Program-made: the position numbers and the translations under genes
DNA from: Macrostomum lignano
Lineage: Eukaryota
NCBI GenBank assembly: GCA_002269645.1
Contig: NIVC01001113.1
Coordinates: 186,001 to 250,000, forward strand
Length of the DNA stretch: 64,000 nucleotides
Direction: 5' to 3'
Shown: piece after piece, positions 51,151-62,179 of the stretch
How positions within the stretch are numbered: the stretch's first letter is position 1
How the letters are laid out: every line of letters begins with the position of its first letter
The notes under the pieces: model-generated
What the model was told of the DNA's origin: nothing
The model's input: the letters and a program-made list of their open reading frames with translations, nothing else
Databases searched by the model: none

Positions 51151-53138
51151 GAAACCCCTGCCTACATAAGTAACATTCGTATTTTTTATTACTATAAAAG
51201 ACCTGAATAAACGGAAGCAAAACGAAACAAACGACCCTGGTGTTTATAATTAGTAGTTTTATTTAGCACACAGACATCAATCAAACAATATGTATATGCA
51301 ACAAAAATTATGGATAAAACAGGTGATTATAAAGCTGATTAACAAAAAGCTGTGTTGGTAGGCTTAGATAAATAAAATATTTGTATACGAACATATTTCT
51401 ACGTTGCGTTGTACAAAACAGCTAATTTATAGCAAATTTTAAACGAATTTAGACAATTATAATGACAGGACGTAATTATTCGGGCAAGCCAAAGGTGTGC
51501 AACAACATTTAAACAAAAATATACAAAAATTCAATCAATTAAAAAAGATTATTATTAAGAGTTTTTAAGCGACTGAATTGTACTAAAATTGATTAATGAA
51601 CAACTGCTTATTGCTTTAAGCAGCAAAAAAAATTCTTCAGATTTCATATTCTGAACACAGTCGTTATTGCTTTGTTTTACTGCAAATTTGAGCCTAGTTG
51701 TCACTGTCATAAATTTGCTCCAACACGATCATAAATCACGGATCAGGCCGGGGGCTCCTAGACTTTTACTGTTGTCTACAGGAAAGATAAAATGTATGTT
51801 TCACCGTAGCCTTCTTGCATGCATTTAGTTTTTAGAAATTAGATATTATAGAAACAGATAAAATCGTAGTTAGAGTTTTTAACAATATGAGTAATGCAAT
51901 GCACTTTGATGGAGGTTTTTCGTACGGTAGCTATAGTCCTAAACCTGAAATTTCAGATCAAAAAAGATATATACTCATTTATCAAATAAAGATTAAATTA
52001 ATTTTAGAAACTACCGAATTTTTTGGCGTTTGAAAAAACCTTTGTTAGAAACTAACTTTTGTTTTAAAGAAACTCTTTTTTTATTTGAGTACTTAATGGA
52101 GGGGCAACGGTAGGAATAGCCACCTATTATGACTTTTAAAGCAGTTGATGAAATTGTATAAGGTAATTAGGCTCATTTTAAGCTGAAAAATCATTTTTGA
52201 TATTTAGTTTTTGAAGTAACGATTTCAATTAAAGTTATTGTACTATTTAATAACAGGGCAAAACTCCTAGAAGTGCATTGGTTGCCTTAAATGATATAGT
52301 ACGCTTTGTCATTGAGACATTACCAGTATTAATTATTTCAAACGTACACACACTAATCTAACACTAACATTTAGTACTTCTAATGGTTTCAAACAGTAAC
52401 GGTTCTAAAACAAAGTAAAACATTATTAAATCGATTAATTTCAGAAACTAACATACAGTACATTAAACATTAACTTCATAAGATCTATTACCATAATAAC
52501 ATTTTTCACTTTTACCTTTAACTAAATGGATCCTTGACGAATGGATTAATGGATTAATTTGAATATAGCTATTAATACACTGCTTTGGTTGGCATAAGCT
52601 TCCAATCCAGGGGACTTTAAATTCTAGCAGTCCCTGATCTGGGAGGCTGGGAAAGTCAGAGAAAGCAAGTGAAATTATTCGTTTTTCTATCAAAGACCAA
52701 AGAGCTGAGCAAAAAGGCCGCGGCTTCTATAATTAGCGCCATACAGGCCTGGGGGAAAGGGACAGACAGACAGGTAAAAAGGGTTGTTTGGTTAGAGCGA
52801 TGATTATAGACTAAGGTAAAAACTACATTGAGCTTATACAGCTGAGTTGCTGGCCCTATCTAGCTGTGTTTGCAATGTTCTGCACTGGATTTGCTTCTAT
52901 GCATATAAGCCTGCATAGATCTAGCATCAGTTATGCTGTCTGTCAACCTTCATTCCGCCTCTTTCCTGTTCGGATCTTTCCTGATAAACGATCTTCCCTC
53001 AGCTTTCATCGAGAGATGCAATTAAGTAGCTGCATGTATCATGTCATGTTTGGGACTATATTTACTCGTGTTTCCAGGCTTAATTAATGCGAGGAAATTC
53101 GAAGTAAATTCGTCACTTTCTAAAGCATCGAGCCAGCT

Positions 53139-53355
53139 GGACTACTCAGTGCTCGGGACGGGAAACCACAAAATTTGGAGGCCGATCTATTAAAAACTTA
53201 GTCCTTGAAAGCATAGCTTGGATAGGTTTTTACCACAGACACAAACTTACTGACTAAAAGGTAGAACTTATCCAAGTAATGCTTTTCGAGGACTAAGTTA
53301 TTAATAGATCGGCCTCCAAATTCTGCAGTTTCCCGTCCCGAGTATCGAGTAGTCC
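53139..53355. mobile_element. 217-bp near-perfect palindrome (MITE-like or hairpin RNA)
   Basis: Arms of ~96 nt (GGACTACTC...GGATAGGTTTTTACC / GGTAGAACTTATCC...GAGTAGTCC), roughly 85% complementary by eye, with a ~25-nt loop. Confidence 0.75.
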
Positions 53356-53638
53356 CTGCATTGAGCCTCCTGTTATTTTAAAGTCTTTGCTCCTTCCCTC
53401 GAATATACATGCATGCAAAAAGTTCATTCATACGTTTGTAAATGTCAGACGCATGTACATGTACAAACAATTACTAAAGTTAGCTGAAGATGAAGATTAG
53501 GTAATAAATCTATTTATTGAATAATGCAATGCAGAGTACAATAAAGATAGATAATATTGTTGATTAACAACTAACAACCTCATCAACACAGAACAATTTC
53601 AAACCAGTTTACCAACTGCCGAATCCAGATCCAGCCTC

Positions 53639-55087
53639 TCAATTGGTGCCACTTTCGCCTGCCGTGGCAGCCGAGGCGGCGGCCAGAATCCACACGGTGC
53701 CAATCAGGTTGGCCACCAGGTACAGGCCGAAAAATAGCCGGTCCATCACGATGCCCAGGTAGCGCCACGTGTTGGCGTTGCCCGGCCTGGCAGCGGCTGC
53801 GGTCTTGGCGGTTTTGTCGTCCGCTGACTCGTCGGCCAGCGGCGCGTCCTCTGTCCGGCACTCGTCACCGTCAGCATCCGCCGCCGCCGTCGTCACCGCC
53901 TCGGCATTCGAAGAGGCCGTTGGATTTCGCGGGTTCATCCGGAACTCCAGGAGCTTTGCCCGGCCGTTGTGGTGCGTGGGCAGGAAGCCCACCAGCGGGC
54001 CGAGGCGGAAGCAGCACCGGCGCAGCCACTCGGGCGGGCAGAAGTCGTTGGGCTTCAGGCTGACATTGTAGGACGCAATGACCATGAGATTGGCCACGCT
54101 CACCAGGCAGACGGCGAGGCAGAAGTACACCCCTAATATGGGCACGGCGTCGCCCGATCGTGGAATATTTTCGGCCACTAGCAGCAGAAACACCACCAGA
54201 GACAGCAGTATGGTGGTGATGTAGGCGATTCTCTCGCCGCACTCGGTTGGCAGGAAGAACGCAAAAGCCGCTAGCCAGGTGAGCAGCATGCAGGGGAACA
54301 GCATGTAGGTCTGGTGGAACAGGTACTTGCGCCGCAGCCGCAGTTGGAACACGACCTCCGTGTACTCGGCGGTTTCGTTCTCGAGCACGCCGATGTTCCT
54401 GGCCGTCATCCGGTTGTAGGACGGGAATCCCGTCACCTCCCACTCGCCGTTGCTGGCCTCGGCGAAGGCGTGATCTTTCTTGTCGCCAGTTTCGCCGCTC
54501 TTCCGCTTCAACCGGAAGGTGCGCGCGTCCTTTGTCCAACTGCTGAAGGTGATGTTGCAGCGCTGGCTGTCGTAGGGAAACTGCCGGATGTTGACCCGGC
54601 AGAAGGCTTTGAACAGGGCTTGAGCGCCGAGTTTCACCCAGCCGTCGTGGCGCACCCTAGCGGTGGACTCGCCGTAGATGAACATGCCCTCCTCGAAGTT
54701 GCCGTGCAACGACTCGTAGAAGATGAGATCGGGGTACCAGATCTGTTCGGACTTTATGGCGAACTCAGTCACATTATTGAAGCTGGCGGGGTCCCAGACC
54801 AGTCGGCAGTCCTGCCAGGTTGACTCAACCCACACGTCCACGCTGAGCATCTGGGTTGGCTCGTCCAAGTCGAACAGCTGGTAGAGCAGCATGTCCTGGC
54901 TGACCTCGAGTTTATCGCCAACTTTACAGATTGGCATGGCGCTCGGAGCGTATTTATCAAATAGGTGAGTCAGCAGGTTGTCGTAGATTGTCTTTTTCGG
55001 CGGAGGTGGAGGCGCCTGACTCACAGAGCTGGGCAGCCAACAGAATGCTGCTCCCATTGTCAGGAGAATCGCGCCTAGAAAGTGCAT
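53639..55087 (-). CDS. Intronless Cys-loop ligand-gated ion channel, nicotinic acetylcholine receptor-like non-alpha subunit (482 aa)
   Basis: Signal peptide, IWYPDLIFYE, Cys-loop CRVNIRQFPYDSQRC, M1 YMLFPCMLLTWL, M2 GERIAYITTILLSLVVFLLLVAE, M3, M4 after DRLFF. No vicinal CC in loop C. AATAAA on minus at 53513-53518. Confidence 0.95.
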   Translation of the reverse strand: MHFLGAILLTMGAAFCWLPSSVSQAPPPPPKKTIYDNLLTHLFDKYAPSAMPICKVGDKLEVSQDMLLYQLFDLDEPTQMLSVDVWVESTWQDCRLVWDPASFNNVTEFAIKSEQIWYPDLIFYESLHGNFEEGMFIYGESTARVRHDGWVKLGAQALFKAFCRVNIRQFPYDSQRCNITFSSWTKDARTFRLKRKSGETGDKKDHAFAEASNGEWEVTGFPSYNRMTARNIGVLENETAEYTEVVFQLRLRRKYLFHQTYMLFPCMLLTWLAAFAFFLPTECGERIAYITTILLSLVVFLLLVAENIPRSGDAVPILGVYFCLAVCLVSVANLMVIASYNVSLKPNDFCPPEWLRRCCFRLGPLVGFLPTHHNGRAKLLEFRMNPRNPTASSNAEAVTTAAADADGDECRTEDAPLADESADDKTAKTAAAARPGNANTWRYLGIVMDRLFFGLYLVANLIGTVWILAAASAATAGESGTN

Positions 55088-55965
55088 TCCCGATTCTAGG
55101 AAATATTGTCAGTCTGGTTGATGTATCAAAAAAGCAAACTGTCTTTAAATTATCTACGTCCACGGCTGTTCTGTGTCTGCGCCTAATAGTTCTAGGTTAA
55201 GATTCCCTTTCTTATAATTTCTTTCCTCTGTGTGGAGGGTGTGGCCAAACATGCATGCGAATGCGCGAATCAATGTTGGTCGGAAGAAGCGTCCGCATTA
55301 AGGCCCATGTGGCCCGACCAATAGAGAAGCCAGCAAGCAATAGCAAGCCCTGGACTGGCCTGGCAAGCCCTGCCGGCCTTAAGCAAAACGGTAAGTCTTG
55401 TTGCCCCCGTGCAAGGCCCGGGGAGTTGACAGGAGCGGAGAGACAGGCAGAGAAGGGAGGAGGGGTTTGAAGGCCCTCTTCAACTTGCCCTGTGCGTACA
55501 GCAGGCTACCGAGGCTGCTCCCCTTCCTCCAATTCATTTTCTCTCTTTCTCTCTTCCCCCGAACCCCCAACAGTCCCTCATATTTTCTTGTTCACAGTTT
55601 CTTTTGCCTCAGTCTGCACTTTTAAACTCTGGGTTGGTGTGGTGGCAGCCCACGGAGCCGACATGGAGCGACATGATCGCGTGCGGGGGGGGGGGCTTCC
55701 AGAGTCTCCCTCAACATTTCCCTTTGCTCTAGCTCTTGTGTAATCAATGAATTCTTATATTTTCGGGCCTAATTTCACAGCATAATTGCTGCGGTGTTGA
55801 CACAGCTTGCAGCTGAACCATTCAAATATGCACTAGCATATAAAGCATAGTATACACAGTTGGTTAGATTTAAAGTTGAGTATTGATTTTGGTCAGGTCG
55901 GATTTTCTTGTACAATTTCCGCTAGTTGCTTTGGCTTGTGGTTAACTTAGAATTTAGTGCATACT

Positions 55966-56941
55966 AGCAATCTACGCCCCCCGTTGGGGAGCAAATAAAG
56001 AATGTAATAATTTTAATATTGATGTAATGTAGCAAGGGATCCCCCAGATAGCAAGCAATCCCCCAGATAGCAAGCATCCTCCAGACAGCAAGCCTCCCCC
56101 AGCAGACAGCAAGCATCCCCCAGATAGCAAGCATCGCCCAAACAAAAGCATTCCCCCAGACAGGAAGCATTCCCCAGACAGCAAGCATCCCCCACATAGC
56201 AAGCATCCCCCAGACAGCAAGCATTCCTCATACAGCAAGCAATCCCCCAGACAGCAAGCACCCAAGACCCGGGGCACACACAAACAGACCATTTTTAACA
56301 TCAGCCATTTATGCTTTGGCACTGCAGTCAAACACATAGCAGTGATAGGCCGCTCAGTGTGCGGGCAGAGCCAATGCACTGTTGAGTGAAATCTATAAAT
56401 AGTAATTGTCTATACAGTCCGCCAGTCAGCCAGGGTCTCACACGCAGCCACTGAGCATTTTTCTCTTCCAAGCAAGCTCCCCAAGACAGCAAGCTCCTCC
56501 AGATAGCAAGTATCCCTCAGACAGTAAGCATCCCACAGATAGTAGGCATTCCCCAGATAGCAAACATCACCCAGACTTAGCAAGCACCCGTGACCAGGGA
56601 CCTTACGCCTACCCTAAAGCATAGTCATAGTCATACTTCAATACTTTTAAAGTGCACTGGCTGATATCTCTCCCTTATGCAAAAAAGCATGTTTTTGAAT
56701 ACTCATATTGAATTATTTATAGCTCGCAGCATCCAAGCTACAAGAAATTGAAGTTTAGTCTATGGCCATAGACATATTGAGCTCTCATTGCGAGAAAAAT
56801 ACACTAATTAGATAGGGAAAACACCTGTTTTTCACCTTTTACAGGTACTTAACATTGATCAAAACATACCAAAAACTAATCATACCATCTCTGATAAATT
56901 TCTATTAAACACACATACACACACACTCACGTTTAGTATAA
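55966..56941 (-). mobile_element. Non-autonomous Helitron-like element 1, carrying an AGATAGCAAGCATCCCCC minisatellite
   Basis: A|CTAG at 55965-55969; TTTAGTATA end motif at ~56932-56941. Shares internal blocks (GGCACTGCAGTCAAA..., TAGTCTATGGCCATAGAC...) with elements 2 and 3. Confidence 0.6.
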
Positions 56942-56945
56942 TGGA

Positions 56946-58537
56946 CTAGCAATTAGACCCGCTTCGCGGGACATAAAAATTAAAATTTACAGCAATATCC
57001 GTTAGATAGTTTACGCCTACGCCCCCCGTTGAGGGGAATTAAAAATAACGCCAAGTGGTTTTTACGTTGGCCCAATAGTAATTAATAACCATACTAATTA
57101 TCTAAAATGTTAATATCCATTAATAATAAATTACGATTCCTCCAGTAAGCATTGACATCTCAGCAATTTCTCCACCAAGCCTAGACATCTCAATAATTCC
57201 CCCAAGCCTTGACGTCTCATAAATTCCCTCTTAAGCCATCTCAGCAATTGCCCCCGTAAGCCTTGACATCTCATCGATTTCCCCCGTGAGCCTTGACATC
57301 TCAGCAATTCCCTCTTAAGCCTTGACATCTCAGAAATCCCCTCAGGACTTGACATCTCAGAAATCCCTCCAAGCCTTGACATCTCAGCAATTCCCATTAG
57401 GCCTTGACATCTCAGCAATTCCCTCTTAAGCCTTGACATCTCAGCAATTCCCTCTTAAGCCTTGACATCTCAGAAATCCCCTCAGGACTTGACATCTCAG
57501 CAATTCCCTCTTAAGTCTTGACATCTCAGCAATTCCCTCTTAAGCCTTGACATTTCAGCAATTCTCCCAAGCCTTGAGATCTCAGCCATTCCTCCCAAAA
57601 CTTGACATCACTGGATTTCCACCCAAAGCCTTGAACCACATGTGATGCATTCTGCAGTCTTGGATCCTCATATAGCCTTTCAATGGCGGCCTTGAAGCTG
57701 CGAACATCAAAGTTTTCGTGATGCAGCAGGTTCAGCTTCAGTCTCCTTTGCCCGGCTCTCGGAAACACGCTGGCGCAACTCTTCCAGTCTAGCTTGCCGT
57801 TCCGCTTCCGTCTCCTTTTCTCGGCGATCCGCCATCCTCAGCCTCTCTTTTTCGCGCTGCAACTCGCTTTGTTCAAGACGCCTTCGTTTGGCTTCACGAC
57901 TTTTATTCAAGTTGCTATCACGACTTTTATTCAAGTTGCTATCACGACTTTTATTCAAGTTGCTATCACGACTTTTATTCAAGTTGCTATCACGACTTTT
58001 ATTCAAGTTGCTATCACGACTTTTATTCAAGTTGCTAGCACAACGTCGTCGAGGCATTTCTGTTCAAGTGATTATGAACACCCGGCTTTAATTCGAACAA
58101 CAGTTCCAGTTTCAAACAATTCAAGTTGAAGACGAAGATATTCATAAATTGTAAAATTTATGAATTCATAAAAAGTCAAGGCAAATTAAGTGTAGCTAAG
58201 CGTAAGTATCAGAAAAGAGTATATGGATCGACGAACCTTGCACTCAATAAGCTAGGTATAATTATTTATAGCTCATAGCATCAGCTCAAGAATAGAAGTT
58301 TAGTCTATGGCCGTAGACGTATTGAGCTCTCACTGCGAGAAAAATACACTAATTAGATAGGGAAAATACAGTTTTTCGAATATTTAATCCCTTTAAAATG
58401 AAGCAATCTCTTAGCCAAGAGAACTGTACCTATTCGCAAGAATTTCTGATCGAATGGTGCAAGTTTGAAAAAAATCGGTTGGATAAATTCATACATACAT
58501 ACATACATAAAAACTTTTTAGATTTAGTATAGTTGGA
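56946..58537 (-). mobile_element. Non-autonomous Helitron 2 with STPR-like coding remnant and internal minisatellites
   Basis: Minus-strand 3' end: hairpin CCCGC-GAA-GCGGG, then CTAG|T (56946-56949). Minus-strand 5' end: A|TCCAACTATACTAAATC (58537). Contains a CCTTGACATCTCAGCAATTCCCTCTTAAG repeat (57140-57590) and a 24-nt repeat (57895-58040). Confidence 0.8.
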
Positions 58538-58541
58538 TGGA

Positions 58542-60060
58542 CTAGCAGGTTGACCCGCTTTGCGGGTCCCAAACAGTTTTTCAAGCAAGCAATTTTCTTT
58601 ATCTTTGACAACACGCGAGAAGACAGAAAGATCAGCCAGAGACAGCCCTCTAGAAAACAGTCACTTGAAGCAGAGACAACCTGCTAGAAAGCAGGTGGCA
58701 ATTTTACCCGCTCCACGGACCACGGGTCCAAACAAAAACATTATTGGTAGATTCTAACGTCTGCCATTATACAGTTTACAACAGCACCCGTTAGACAACC
58801 CGTTTAAAACAGTTTACTGTTGCTGTTAGACAGTTTACAACAGCGAAATTAAATTCAATTTTAATTACCCATCGGGGAGGTGGACTCAGCCATATATGCT
58901 TCGGCACTGCAGTCAAATACAAAGCAGTGATAGGCTGCTCAGTGTGCGGGCAGAGCCAATGCACAGTTGAGTGAAATCTATAAATAGCAATTGTCTATGC
59001 AATTGTCAATTGTCAGAATGTACACACGCAGTCACTGAGCATTTTTCCGTCAACACATTGGCGCAATACTTCAATACTTTTAAAGTGCACTGGCTTATTT
59101 CTCTCCCTTATGCAAAAAAGCAAGTGTTCGAATACTTGTATTTAATTATTTATAGCTTGTAGCATCAGCTCAAGAAGTTTAAGTTTAGTCTATGGCCATA
59201 GACGTAATTACTATACCTTTTAACAGTGTTGTTGGGCATAAGTGAAATTTATTTAGTCCAAGTGTTCTTTCCTACCACTGAGTGAAGTGAGTTTGATATA
59301 GTCTAGCTGTTGATTTTGGCCATAGACGATTGAGGAAAAGTGAAATATATTTGGTCGCTCTTGCTTAGCGCTGAGCTTACCGTGACTTAAAGTTAGTCGT
59401 AGTGAAATTTATTTAGTCCGCTTAGAGTTCTTGTTTGGCTATAGAATTTGCTGAATCATAGAATTCTTTCTATTGGCGATAGGAATGCAGCTGCCGCGTT
59501 AGGCATTACGCTGCAGGAACACCGCGCACGCATTCTGGAGCGTGAACTGGAAGACTGTATGAGCGCAGTTACACAGCTGCACTGCGAAGCCTGGCACCGA
59601 GAAAGTCTGCGCTATGTACCGCGCTGCATAGCCATGGAGGACATCGTTGCCTAATTGAACACTGAACAGTTTTGTTTGCCTGACGGTCACTAGTTGTGTG
59701 CTGCCATTGCATCTTACACCTTACATCTTACATCTTACATCTTACACATCTTATGTGTTTTTGCGCCTTTTATGAAAGTTTACGATCTCGTTGACCATAT
59801 TCATTTCACTTTGACTAAATAAAAGTCACGATCTCGTTGCGCGCGCTAAAAACGACTATATTGAATTCACCGTCTATGGCTGCAAGCTAATTGAAGCGAC
59901 TAAATCAAACTCACTTCGCTCAGTGGTAGGAGCACTTGGACTAGATAAATTTCACTTATGCCCAACAACACTGTTTAAAGGTATATTTTTCGTGCTCTCA
60001 CTGCGAGAAAAATACACTAATTAGATAGGAAAAATACAGTTTTTCGAATATTTAATTCCC
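58542..60060 (-). mobile_element. Non-autonomous Helitron 3 (3' end clear, 5' end not found), interrupted by a Tc1/IS630 derivative
   Basis: Minus-strand hairpin GACCCGC-AAA-GCGGGTC followed by AACCTG-CTAG|T. Family sequence resumes after 59985 (GCTCTCACTGCGAGAAAAATACAC). Confidence 0.7.
59214..59983 (+). mobile_element. Internally deleted IS630/Tc1/mariner-type element (770 bp)
   Basis: ~115-bp TIRs (TACCTTTAA(A)CAGTGTTGTTGGGCATAAGTG...), flanked by TA on both sides. Internal ORF end ELEDCMSAVTQLHCEAWHRESLRYVPRCIAMEDI resembles the C-terminus of eukaryotic IS630/DDE_3-type transposases. Confidence 0.8.
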
Positions 60061-61069
60061 TTAGCAATGAGGTAGAGCTTAATAAAATTGCATGTACCGT
60101 CCCGGGCACATAACGCCGCACATTTGACATCTTTTGGCGAAGAAACGGAGAAAATTGGTCAGGCCAATCGGCTTAAAACGTGAACTTTTAGGACAAACAT
60201 AGTTGAATAGCTTTAGTTACTAGCCATTTAGCCCCCCTCCGGGAGGCTTTTTAGCAGTGTAGCGCTTGTTTTTTCCTTTCTCAATTAGCAAATAGTGCTT
60301 ATCATTTCAAGCAAAAACTCTTAGTGCGTATTGTCATTGGCCTAGTTATATTCTGATCTGCAGGAGCTCAATATGCCAATCCCTGACGGCCTTAGACCCC
60401 TCTTTATTAGAATCAAACCTTTAATAAATACGCTGGTAAATACGCTGGTAGGCGTCGAATTCCGACGCCTACATTCAATTAACTGGACTACGGTTTGTAC
60501 TGTACAGGGAAGCGTGTTGCAGAGAAGATTTATAACTTCTTTTTGCTTCCTAAATACATTGTCATTCCGTTAGCAATTATTGTAGGTGTCTGATCTGTTG
60601 TGATTTTCTGGTGCGTTTTAAAATGTACTTGTAAACTGTAGGTCAATATGTATATTACACGGAGGTGAAGAGTGTAGTACGGTTTGAATTTCAGTGTGAT
60701 GTAAGAAGACTTTTTATGTCAAGAGAAACTAAACGCAAAATTAGAAATGAGCTGTTTGCTCCAAAATGTTTTATGCCTACAGTTAGCCAGTTTGGCAACT
60801 GCCAGCACATGAAGTGCTTTTTAATCCTGATCGGTGTTACTTTGTTCTTGCGTTGTTCATTTTATCCTACGAAGGCTTCGTTGCATGTGTACATGTAATT
60901 CCGCTGCTTGATTCGTCTACACCAATTTAACTAGGGAAGTGAGAGAAGTTCCTCAGCTAGATTGCAAATAGTTGATAAATAATGGTCTGGTATAGCCTCT
61001 TGTGGGGGGATATGTAATCAGGACAACAATACTACTGTGCAGCTGCTTTTGGCAGCTATATAGGTACCC

Positions 61070-61591
61070 ATGGATCGACGTAATGAGCTGGAGGAAGAGG
61101 AAGACGTGATGGAGGACGAGGCACCAGAGGTTGTGATACCTTATCTGGAAGACCTGCGGGAAGAGTTTGGGGAGCGACAGCGGCTGGTAGTTGAGCAGCT
61201 GCAGGTGAACCTGCATCAGTAGCAGCAGTTACTACAGCCACATAATGTACAGAACCCCAGCATGCAGCAGCAGCAAGACAGGCTTGCTGCATTAGAGCGG
61301 CTGCTCGAGGAGCAACAGCGGCTGTTGGAGCGACAGCAACAGCTACTAGAGTACCAGCAGGTGGGCGTGCGGAGGCAGCAGGTGCTGGAGCTTCAAAGGC
61401 AACGACAAGCTGCAGCAGAAGAAGAGGATCGAGAGGAAGAAGAAGATGATGAACTGGGCGAAGATTTTTTTAGACTGTCCCTGCTCCCGCATCGTCGCAA
61501 TCCTCCACCGTCTTCGCCTCCTCCCCACCCCTCCTGCACCAGTGCGCATGCCACAGCGGGGTTAACGAACTACTTGTACATGTACGTTTAA
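61070..61591 (+). pseudogene. Acidic/Gln-rich coiled-coil ORF of unknown function with one in-frame TAG (61220-61222)
   Basis: MDRRNELEEEEDVMEDEAPEVVIPYLEDLREEFGERQRLVVEQLQVNLHQ*QQLL... continues in frame into ORF 61262-61591. GC-rich island in an AT-rich context. Confidence 0.4.
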
Positions 61592-62179
61592 AACAGTTTG
61601 TATGTTGGCGTCCATCGTCGTGTAGTTTTTGTGTGGTTAAATGACATTCTACTGCAAGTACATGTAAAAGTGCGCATGTGTAGATGCAGCGTCTGTTTAC
61701 GTTGTTCCCAGCTTAGATCTTGTTGAGGTCCTGCTGAGGTTAGTATGGTGTATGTCGTGTAGCCTTATGTAGCGATATGTAGCGAACGTTGACGCTATTG
61801 TACATGTTTGTCACCTGCATATTTGACTTACAGCTGGCAAATTGAAATAAGTGGTGAAATAAATTGGTCTGCTCTGTTGGATGACGTCCTAACAGCCTCG
61901 GATTTAACCAGCGCCCCGGTGTTGCCACTACAACAAACAAAGAAATTATCGCAGGATAGGAAAAAAATCGCAGAAACAATTTCTTTTTTGTCATAGAAAA
62001 AAAGGCGCCAGTGTGCGAAAACAACTTTCTTTTCAGCTTTCCATTTCTAATTACATCTTCTATTTGACCAAAAAGAACTACTACAATTTGCAATAACTGC
62101 ATGCAACTCTCATTTACGCCGAATCAGAGAAGTAGTCATACAACACAAGCATTTTCTTAAGGGAAAACAGGCATACATA

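Noticed and set aside
53769-55200. Overlapping alternative-frame and antisense ORFs within the nAChR gene, and similar ones in both Gypsy elements and the housekeeping genes
   Set aside because: Expected by-products of GC3-rich coding sequence; no independent motifs.
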